Shown here one piece after another: positions 15,003-25,420 of a DNA stretch of 64,000 nt (within the stretch, counting starts at the first letter, position 1; each line of letters starts with the position of its first letter). The position numbers and the translations under genes were made by a program. A model generated the notes under the pieces. The model was not told where the DNA came from, did not search any database, and saw only the letters and a list, made by a program, of their open reading frames with translations. Source of the stretch: the human T2T-CHM13v2.0 reference genome, Homo sapiens; NCBI RefSeq assembly GCF_009914755.1, contig NC_060944.1. One strand, given 5' to 3'.

Positions 15003-15815
15003 TATTTCAAAATCTTCACTAGGTATTTGAGGTGGTTTTTTACTAGTGTTTTGAAATAGTGACTGTGACTCAAGAAAGGCTAGAAGATGCCACATCCATT
15101 CATATTTTTCTGCTAGGATTCTTATGGCTTCTAGTTGTGGTGAACCAACCTCATTCTACCAGTCATACAAGCTTACTATGACTTGTCAGCTTTTCCATTC
15201 CCTGGTCACTTAAGTTAAGTGTATCCATTTATTTACTTCTCTCCAATATTGCCAAAATCTACAGTGAGGAAAAACATTATCTGAGCCATTATATGTTGAA
15301 CCATTATTAGGAAATATTTGGCATTTATGTATAAATAGTTTCAGTTGTAGAACAAAAAGCCTCTATTAAAATTTCTGGAACTTCTTTTTCAGAAAATTTT
15401 ATCATTTAAATAGGCTCATAAAATTATTTTGTCATGACATATATCACAATGTAATATAATCTATTTGTATCTGTGTGCATGTACATACACACACCATATA
15501 TCAGACATTGTTTTATAAATTTATTATAGCAGGTGGCTATTCAATAAATTTTGGAAGAAAGAAATACAGACCTATCCATACATCTGGAGTAGCTTTGACC
15601 TTGACCAACTTAACTTCTACTCTCCATGATCATGTAGTGTTCTATTTAGAGGATCCCAGTGTTGTTATTAGAGCACCTTGCATATACCAAGTGCTCAATA
15701 AATGATGGCTGAATGCAGAATAAAATCATTACTGACACTTTCTTTTTTAATCCCCAAGGGCATGGCACAAGTTTCAATAAATACCAGGTGATTTCTACTG
15801 AAAATAATTTTACTG

Positions 15816-15990
15816 TATAATTTACAAAGTGCTTAAGTATCCACTACCTCATTTAGTCCTTACTACAGTTCTACAAGCTAAGTAGTTTTATCCACATTTT
15901 AAGATGAGAAAATTACGCCCAGAGAAGTTAGATGACTTGCTCAGGGTCATCAACAAATAAGACATCATGAAGGGAATGAATTCAAATTTG
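15816..15990 (-). mobile_element. MIR
   Basis: CTCATTTAGTCCTTAC...CATTTTAAGATGAGAAAA..CCCAGAGAAGTTAGATGACTTGCTCAGGGTCA. Confidence 0.8.
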
Positions 15991-16459
15991 GTGCCTTTGC
16001 ATCATCCACTTTTTGTGTAGAGTTGACTGGTCAAAAGTCTGTCTCTCATTTACAAGTCAAGGTGCCAGGCATACAGTCTTGAATGTTGAGCCTCAGGCCT
16101 CCAATGAGCAATTTGTATTATAACCAAATAGAGTTGTTTGGCCATTTTAGGTCAGCATTTATGGTATTTACACCTATGAACCTACCCCCTTTTCTCTTTA
16201 CAAACTTATAGGTTGACAATTTTTTTGTGTGAAAATTCACTGAAATGAGATTATCTCATTTTTGCCTCTTGATTTTTGGTGTGCTTTCTTGTTCTTGTTT
16301 AAAACATTTGGTTTTGTTTTGATATTAAGCTTCAGTGTCAGTCCTGTGAAGACGTAAGATAGAAGCTATACATGTACAACAATATAATCCATACTTCCAA
16401 AGCTACAATAAGCAGTAACACTTTTGGAGCGAAAAATCTTGGTAAAGCAAACAACACAT

Positions 16460-16640
16460 GTTTTGGGGTTTGAGATCTAGGTTTGAGGCCTAGCCACAGC
16501 ACTCTCATGTTCTTTTTGACCCAAGCCAAATCACTCAGCCTGCTGAGATCTCAGTTGTTTTTTTTCATCCTGGACAATGGGCATGATGCTGACTGTCCCT
16601 CTGGGTGGTTCTGAGGATCTTGGGAGGATGGATATAAGTG
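16460..16640 (+). mobile_element. MIR
   Basis: AATCACTCAGCC...TCTCAGTT...TCATC...AATGGGCATGATG. Confidence 0.65.
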
Positions 16641-17374
16641 CAACTTAAACTCTGGAGCCCTTTACAACTGCAAGGCAGCATTATTCACTCAAACATAAAA
16701 ATAGGTCATTAAGCATCATCAAAGGGAAAAGTAAATGTTCAGGGATCATCTCTGCTGCACTGTTGCTGGGGAAAGAGGCTCTTTGTCCCTTTAAGAGCTT
16801 TCAGACACATCTCTAGTCACATCCTAAAAGCCTTCCTAGTTGTGTAGCTTAGGTGCATCCGGTAGCACAGCCGTGTTCTGATCTTCCTGGCAGATGTCAT
16901 AATTTACTGTCACCCCCATGCAGGAATGCAGGGCGAGGGGCCCCCATGCCGGCTCTGTGATCCATTGCCTGACAAGTCCTGAGTGTCAACCTCAGGCAGG
17001 CCCAGCGGAGGTGGAACACCATTTACCTGATAGTGCCTGTGATAAAGTGGGCAATTAGACGCACTTGGAAAAGCCTGGCTGGAAACTGGCTGGCATTTAC
17101 ACAACATTACAGCCAAGTCAGGCTTCATAAAAGTTAATGGAGAAAAATGAAGTCCTTCAAGATCTACCTTGCTCTCTGAGGAAGTCAGGAACACAGGACT
17201 CTGTAGCTTTATTTCTTTTTGTGTCTCTCCCACCTTTTCACTCTATTTCCCCCAGACAGGGTAATATATTCTCATTGGAGATGGGAGTAAAGGAAAGCGA
17301 ATTGAGAGTTGAGGTCTTAAGTGTTTGATCTCAGAGGCATGTTATTTCTTTAGTCTTCAATCCTCTCTCTTCCC

Positions 17375-17376
<2 letters not shown>

Positions 17377-17405
<29 letters not shown>

Positions 17406-17523
17406 TGCACACACACACACACACACACACTCTATACTTCTATAGAGTATACACACTCTATATTTCTCTGTCTTTCTGTCTCTGTCTCTCTCTCACACAC
17501 ATGTGCGAGCACACACACACACA
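17377..17523. repeat. Compound (TC)n(CA)n microsatellite, two imperfect blocks
   Basis: Direct read of TC runs followed by CA runs at about 17377-17430 and 17463-17523. Confidence 0.95.
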
Positions 17524-18954
17524 ATCACAGTGCTAGGATTTAACTTGGCACCTTGGCTTACAATTTGCCTCTCACTGGAGTTTCTGGAGTTTGGTGCCAG
17601 TTCAAGAGCATGATCTGTTTGACATGAATTCTACAGCCCTCTCTTCATTTCCTCCTAACTGGATAGCTTCAGTTTGCCGATGATTAATGAGTCTGGAAGG
17701 TGAGCGACAGTTATCTTAAGGGCTCTCAAAAGTTTATTTCAAGAGACTAGCCAAACTCTCCTGCTACATTAACTGCAGCGAAGTTTCCTGTTTAACAGCC
17801 CATGGAAAATAACTGCCTGACCCCCCCCCCAACCAAGCTGCCATGAGCGCAGCTCTGTTTATTGGCCAACAGTGTGCATGTTCTCTCTATCGCTTCCTTT
17901 CAGGCAGACGAACATTTTACCTATGAGAAGTAGGAAGTCCATTGTGAGGCTGGTCCAATACTGGACCTCATTTGGATGTGGAGGATTTCTGAAATTGGAA
18001 AGTCAGGACTGATCTGGAAAATGTGCTTACAGATAGTGGAACAGGAAAATGATTCGCTCCCCAAGGCCAGTTCCTCCTCCTCTGCTGGGTGGAAAAGGTG
18101 GGAGGAAGGGACAGGGTGTTCTGCCTGTGATTGGAATTCCCCTGTAGAGTCATAGAGGATGAGCAAGCCTTTGGTTTTCCTTTTTCATATTTTATTTTGC
18201 ACCTACAATAATAAGCATGCAGAGAGGAGACAGAGAGGCCTAAATGAGTTTTTTTCCTTTCTAAATAATGACCAGCTCTGTATCAATCTGAAGGCTACTG
18301 AGGGATGCTGGTGGCTGGATGGCGGGGCCTATTTAGGGTTTTGGCCTGATTAAAAGGTAGTCCCAGGGACATGCAGGCCTACCAGGTGCACACTGGTGCC
18401 AGCCACTTCAGTGGGGTGGGGGAAATTACTGGGCCTGCTGTCTCAAGTTTGAGAGGACATCTGAGATTCGGGTCCGATAGGGTCACAATGTCTTCAACAC
18501 GAATAAATAGGCAGTTGTAGGTTGGGGAAAGGAAAGCTAAAGTGGAAAATAAATAACTTAAGACACCAGACAAGTTCTGGAGACTGAGGTAGAGAGATGA
18601 TGGAGTGCTCTTCACCCATGTACACTTCAGCCTCTCATGTCATCGTGGTGATGCTGCCAAAATAGACCCAAGTTACATTTTCCTTATGATCTCATTTTAC
18701 TGGGCTTGAAGCCTACCTCACTCAACATCTTTGGAGGGTACATTGAAACGAGCTGTTTGTAAGACAGTATTAAAGGAAGTGGCGTTATATGTGTGTGTAT
18801 TTGTGTCATATACATATATGAAACAAAGATATTTGAATATATACATGTAGATAGTTTCCCAAAAACCCATCTCCCTTGGGGAATAGTCTCACCTTCAGGG
18901 AGAGGTGCTAGAGAGGGTCAGAGATTCTCCTGCTCTATGCCATAAGACCAAAGA

Positions 18955-19442
18955 TAGATTGTAATTATGATCCCAATTCTTTGCCTCTCCTCTATCCATG
19001 CTATTTGAAGCCCCTCCCATCAAGAGGTGAGGTCTGGGTTTATTTCTCTACTCTTTGATTATTGATTGGCCTTGTGACACAGCTGGGCCTATAGTGGAGG
19101 TTACACTGTGCCAGTTTTGTCTAAGCCCCGAGATGTCTTGTGTGTTTCCTCTTGCCCACTCAATCCCTGTAAGTTGCAGCCATGACACTATGCCCTGAAT
19201 AGCCTTCTGTAGGATGAGACATGAGGGACAGAGCCATGTCATCCCAGTGGTTTTAGCGAAGGCTGTCCTAAATCAGCCAAAGGCTAACTGACCTCTGAAA
19301 TATGAATGGGCCCAGCAGAGCCCAGGCCAAATCACCAAACTACAGACACAAAAACTCAATAAATCTTATTGCTTTGAGCCAGAGTTTGGGGCTGGTTTGT
19401 TATGTGTGTTATTTATTATCACAGCAATAAATAACAGATGCA
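18955..19442 (+). mobile_element. MLT1 MaLR LTR
   Basis: CCTCCCATCAAGAGGTG...GGCCTTGTGAC...CTGTGCCAGTT...TTTGGGGCTGGTTTGTTATG...AGCAATAAATAACAGATGCA. Confidence 0.8.
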
Positions 19443-19739
19443 GTTGCCTCTGCTTACTGTTCCAAGTCTTACTTTTTTTTTTTTTTTTGGTCACTCATTT
19501 ACATCTTTTTACATCTTTGCTAGTGAGCCAGTCTGATAGTGGCCTTTATCTTACATGATTTTTCAGTCCTTCATTTGGCTTTACCTTCATTCTCTTTCTT
19601 TCCTCACTCCCACTCACTTTGCATAAGAACCCATTTTGTTTTTCTATGGCACTCTTAAGTTAATACCAGACAGCCCTGACATTAGTAGGGAATTTTTCTC
19701 AGTTCCTCTCAAGCAACTTCTACATTTTGTGTTATTTTG

Positions 19740-19945
19740 ACATTTGGGAGAAAGAAACAAACAATAAACAACTCTGTAATGCATTGGGTAATACATAGTG
19801 CTGTGGAGAAAAATTAAGCAGCATATGCCAAATATTGAGAGTTGAGGGGAAGGGTGCTGAGTGGGGAAAGGGGTGCTTCTTTTTCATAAAGGGTCCCTAG
19901 GCAAGGCCTCTCTGAGAAGGAGGCATGTGAACAAATACTAGGTGA
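19740..19945 (-). mobile_element. L2 fragment
   Basis: AGTGCTGTGGAGAAAAATTAAGCAG...AAGGCCTCTCTGAGAAGG. Confidence 0.6.
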
Positions 19946-20169
19946 CTTGATCCTTTTCTAGACTATATTGGAGTGGGATGAAGGGTATGTAGGTCACTCC
20001 CCTGGTTACCTATTTCAAGGACTGATATGGAGACATAAAGAATCACCATGACTTGCCCAATAAAGTGCCACTCATCCATGGTCACTGTGGGAAGGAGGCA
20101 GCATTTCAGGGCTTGCAATTCTTTACATGCTTAATCCTTCTAGTATCAGAACTTTAACAAGCACCTGCT

Positions 20170-20342
20170 GGACCTGAAGTCTAAAGAGCTAGATTTTTAC
20201 ATCTATGCTGCCACAAGAAAATCATGTAAACTTGACAAAGTCATTATTTTCTCTGGGTTGATTTTTCTCATATGGCAAGTGAAGGGTTGAATTAGATGCA
20301 TTTTAAAGAAACTACCAAGTCTGTCATTCTGTGGTTTTATGA
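20170..20342 (+). mobile_element. MIR3/MIRc-like SINE
   Basis: CTTGACAAAGTCA...TCTCTGGG...GGGTTGAATTAGATG...ATTCTGTGGTTTTATGA. Confidence 0.65.
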
Positions 20343-21604
20343 GATTATGTAGCTGGTGCTACATTGAGTTTTTCAGGAGAAAGAAAAGAAGAAATAATTG
20401 TAATAACAATATTGCCCTCCTCACCGACCCGTATAATCTTCTCTAATTCTTCACAAAGATGAGAGAGACAGAAAGAATAATACAAGGGGGTAGAAAATAA
20501 TGCATGCTTTAGGAATCCAAGCAATACTTTTTCTCTTCCTCATTGAGTCTTTGTACCTTCTGTCCCAAATCCAGAAAGAGCTAGTCTGCTTTCTCATGAA
20601 CCATCCTAAATCTATAGGGCATTACTCCTTTAGGCATCTGCCAGATTCTAATTCTGAAGGATGATGTAGGATTTGGGTGTTAAAGTTGCTACTGTGTCCC
20701 CAGTTCAGGGCTCTGAACTGTCTCCTGGTGATGGGGCACACTGCTGCTGACAATTTTGGGTGAGAGGTTACCCATAGTGAGCCTCCACTCATTTTCTACT
20801 CAACAAGGACCTCCCTGGAATTCATCTGTGGTCAAAAAGAATCGTGGCAAACTTTGGCTATTGTACATGCAACAGAATGGCACTTCGATGTTTGTGGAGC
20901 ATGGCAAGACTGCAATCCTATAACCTTACTGGCCTGGTAGAACTATTGTCATCGATGATGATCATGCAACTAACAAGAACTGTCCAATAAAGAACTGTCC
21001 ATGTGGATCAATAAAGGATCCACATGACATGTGAATAGAGGGAGGACTGGCTGGCAAGGAGGAATGAGGCCAGAAATGGAAAAGAATGCATAAGCCAGAA
21101 AAAAAAAAAGCCAGCTTCTAGAGGAAGCATTGATAGCCAAAGCCTGCCTGCTTGGGCCTGGCTCAGCACACTCCCTCCATTCTTGATGCAGGTGTTATCA
21201 AGATTAGAGCATGCTGAACTGCTGGAACTGCACAGAAAATGTCATTCAGGAGACATTGAGGGAGAGAAAGTGGGGCTGCAGCAGTCAGGAAGGGGCATAG
21301 GGCCTTCCTGCGTAGTCATTTTCACAGCACAGTAAGAATAATAGAATGAGAAAATATGATTTTACAAGAAAAAATGGTTAAAGAAAAAGAGACAAAACAT
21401 CACCATCATGCACACTCACAAACACAGACACACACACACAAACATGCACAAAACAGGGTATTGACTACAAGGAATGAATGTTTCCATTCTATTGCCAAAA
21501 AGGCCTGATTCTCTTTAACTGCTGTTTACCATTTTTCATTGTTTTATTACTATTATTATTTTGAAAATACTAGTTAAGCAATTACCTCAACCACTTTTGA
21601 AACT

Positions 21605-21830
21605 GTAGTATAGTGAAGTGGTTAAAAATGAGAATTCTGGAGCCGAACATCCTGAAACCAAACCCCAGTTTGTACCACTTTCTGTTTTGGGTCTGGATAC
21701 ATTAGCTCCATATTCCTTAATTTTCTCATTTATAAAATGAAAGTTATAACAACTTACATGTCATAGAGTTTTTATGAAGATTAGATAAAATTATATGTGT
21801 GAAGCACATGGAAAATCAATGCCTTGATCA
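21605..21830 (+). mobile_element. MIR
   Basis: GTATAGTGAAGTGGTTAA...TCTGGAGCC...TTTTCTCATTTATAAAATG...GAAGATTAGA. Confidence 0.75.
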
Positions 21831-22810
21831 TTTGTTATGAATATTTTCAACTCAGATACAATGCAGCCGTTTACAGAGGTCTAATAATGAATAAATATAG
21901 TGGTTGGAGGTTATGAGAGATTTGAAATGTACACATAAAGCCATTCCTCATTTACAAAATAGTTTAAGAGGAAGAATTACATGTAAAGAATTTAAATAGG
22001 ACAATTATTCAAGACAAAATAGAAAGTAAAATCAAATAGAAATATTAATGAAATAGAGAAGTGATAGGTTCTCATTTCTTTTTACAATGTGTAAAAAGAA
22101 AATATAGTTTATTGGAAATCAATATTAAGGTAGAAAAGAGAATCTCCTTTTTATGTTGAGGGAGCATTTCAGAAGTCATTTAGTTTAACCTTTTGTTTAT
22201 GATACAAACCTTTTTTATGATTTCTCTGAGATCTTATCAGTCAAGGAGTGATTATGTTATATGGCTCATAGTTCATTCACTCAGGAAGCAATCTATTCCA
22301 TTTTTGAAGAGCTATTAAGAAAAGACAAATAAAAAGCTATCAAAGGTCACTTATAGGAAAGAAGAAAAGGAGTAAAGCTGTTAACTTGTGAAGAGCTTAA
22401 TTGGAGTACCTCTACTGAAAGTTAGGTTATTCATATTAATCTCTCTGCTAAAAATAATTTTAAAATTCTGAATAAAATATTTTTAAAGGATTAATATGAA
22501 GTGTTAAATAACTCATAAGATAGAAATTGTAGAGAAAGATGCAACTCAAAAGATAGAAAACAAAGTTTGATTTTACCATAAAGACAATTGTCAAAACTGA
22601 GAAATGTGAACACTGGTTTTGGGAACTTTAGCCTTGAGGAGAAAAAAGAGAAATAAATTAAACTCAGAGCCTTCTAAGGCTGAGGAATCATCAACTTCAG
22701 TTAGGCGTTAAAGGATTGTACCATCAGAACAAAAGTGAAGAAGAAATAAGGTGGAACTTAGATGGATTTGCCAACAAATTTGCAATTCCTTGGTGCCTCT
22801 TTAGAAAAAA

Positions 22811-22816
<6 letters not shown>

Positions 22817-22850
<34 letters not shown>
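22817..22850. repeat. (CA)17 microsatellite
   Basis: Direct read. Confidence 0.99.
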
Positions 22851-22854
<4 letters not shown>

Positions 22855-24479
22855 TAATTTTAATTTAGAGTAGTATCAGCATTGGTAGTAACAATGAGTA
22901 GATGAAAGAAATAATACTCATTTTGACTAAAGAAGGATAACATTGTCATAGCCTTAAAATACTTCTAAAAAATAATTTTCAAATAAAATGAGAAACACAA
23001 CGTCAAATAATTCCAAGTACCCACGGAAACAAGGAACTGTGAGCAAGAACCAGCAGAAAACTGAAAATAAAAATGAAGAGTGAAAGAAAAGAAAACAAAT
23101 GCCAAGATTGTCACATTCTAGAATTAGTAGACACATTATAGAACAATCTGTTTGCTAGATTTAAAGATTTAAAGCCACATTTGAAAATGTTTACAGAGAA
23201 TAGAAAAGTTTAAGTGATCTAGCATATTTTTCAAAGTAATATTTCTATCCCATTGGTTACTCCTTTTAAAAATTAAAAAGTGTTATTTCTAGAAATAAAA
23301 AATATAATAATTAAAAGTTTAAAGTATAAGTTTAAATGCATATTAGATACAATCCAAGAAAGAATTAGAACTGCAAGAAACGTTAGAATAAATTATTTAG
23401 GATGTTGCATGGAGAGACAGTGGATGGAATACAGAAGGTCAAGAGGCAAAAAGGATAGATTGAGAAGAACGAATATACCCTTAATTTGATTCCATAAAGG
23501 AGAGAATAAAAGTATAATGGAGAGATAATATTTGAATAGAAAATAAATAAAAATTTTCTAGAACTGATTAAGGACAGAATCTAGAGATTTTAAAAAAAGC
23601 TAATAAATCTCTAAAAGGGTAAATAGAAAGACATTTACACCTAATCATTCTATCATGAAACTGCAGAATTCTAATGAAGAAGAAAAATCCTGAAAATAGA
23701 CAAAAGAAAAACAGATTATCTTTAAAGAAATGACTGACAGCTAACTTAATAGCAACAGTGAATGCCAATAGCAATGGAATGGTGACTTTAATGTGCTGAA
23801 GAAGGTAAATGTCATCCTGAAAATCTATATCCCGTGAAAGTTACCTTCCATGTGAAGAAGAAATTTAGATTATTTTCAGGCAAACAAAAAGCGAGAGGAT
23901 TTGCCACCAGCAAACCTACACTAAAAGAAATAGTAAAGAATGTTCTTGAGGCAGAATCAAGTTGAATCCAGAGAGAAGATCCAAAGTGAACAGGGAATGA
24001 AGAAGAGAGAACAAAGTGAATATGTGGGTAAGTCTAATAAAATGTACAAAATAACAATAATTAAACATGATAATAAGGTATTAAAGATTAAGACAGAATT
24101 TAAATCCAAAACAACATTAACAGATTTACTTGAATGTGATAAAAATGAGTTGAAATGTTCTAAGGACCTTGTCTTTTCTAAGGGAAAATTGAAGTATTGA
24201 TTAATTTTCTACTTTGATGTATACTAATGTTTTAACTTGTATGATTTTCAAATTAATATTTAAAAATTAGAATAAAAACATTCAAACTGAAATATTACAA
24301 GAGGGAAAGGAAATACAATAGAATAGTTAGAGAAAAATAAAAATCAAGAGGGTATATTTTAAACACAAACGTGTTAGTAATCATTGAAATGCAAATAGAC
24401 TGATTTAAATGCAAATAGACTGAATAATTAAAAGTAAAGAATATTAGCTTGGATTAAGGAAAATTCCTGTGAAATCCGG

Positions 24480-24574
24480 TACATCCATAATCACTGGAAG
24501 TGGGGAATTCATGTTCTAGTTTATGAGGGTGGTGTTCCCTGAAGTTGTGTAGTATACATCCTATGTGTCCCTGG
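24480..24574. mobile_element. Possible MER91-like hAT MITE within the L1
   Basis: TAGTTTATGAGGGTGGTGTTCCCTGAAGTTGTGTAGTATACA...CCCTG resembles MER91 and breaks the A-rich L1 composition. Confidence 0.4.
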
Positions 24575-25029
24575 AGCTAACAATAAAAATAAAACAGAAG
24601 TAGAAGCTTGGACAAATATGTATTATTTGAGTGTAAAACAAAGGAAAGGTAGTGTTGCAATAGTAATACTAAACATAATAGATTTAAGGCAAAAGGTATA
24701 GTCACTTTATAATGATAACAACTTCAACTCACAAGAAGATGTAATGATTTTACATATCCATGCACCTAATGATAGAGATTCACAGCATATAAATCAAAAA
24801 TTGATGGAACCACAAGAAGACGTGGACAATAAGAGAATCAAAAGAATATATAGGCAAAACTACACTCATATAAGAAACTTTTAACACATCTGTTTCAGGA
24901 ATTGAAAGAACAAATGAATCAAAAATAACCACTCAGAATTTTAGCATATTATCTTGCTCAGTAGTTAATAGAATTGCAAGGAAAAATCAATACAGTAAAA
25001 AAGAGGCTGAAATGCACAAACTAGGTATT

Positions 25030-25420
25030 TGTATTAGTCTGTTCTTGCACTGCTATAAAGAAATACCAGGAACTGGGTAATTTATAAGCAAAGAGGTTTA
25101 ATTGGCTCACAGTTCTACAGGTTGTACAGGAAGCATAGCACAGCATCTGCTTTTGGGGAGGCCTTAGGAAGCTTACAATCATGGTGGAAGGCGGTGGGGG
25201 AGCAGGTGTCTTACATGATAGGAGGAGGAGCAAGAGAAGTCGGAGCCACCACACACTTAAATGACCAGATCTCAGGAGATCTCATTATCACGAGGACAGC
25301 ACCAAGTCATGTGGGTCCCACTCCCATGATCCAGTCACCTCCCACCAGGCCCCTCCTCCAACATTGGGGATTACAATTCAACATGAAATGTGGGGGAGGA
25401 CAAATATTCAAATGATATCT
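25030..25420 (-). mobile_element. MST (MaLR) solo LTR inserted in L1
   Basis: TGTATTAGTCTGTTCTTGCACTGCTATAAAGAAATACC...GGCTCACAGTTC...GGATTACAATTCAACATGA. TSD GTATT/GCATT (4/5). Confidence 0.93.

Noticed and set aside
17948-17968. GGCTGGTCC resembling a Y RNA 5' end, with a small hairpin
   Set aside because: Similarity stops after 9 nt; no Y RNA body or 3' stem.
23280-23489. ORF with L1 ORF1p similarity as a domesticated gene
   Set aside because: Only 69 codons, within a heavily frameshifted, stop-ridden L1 fossil.
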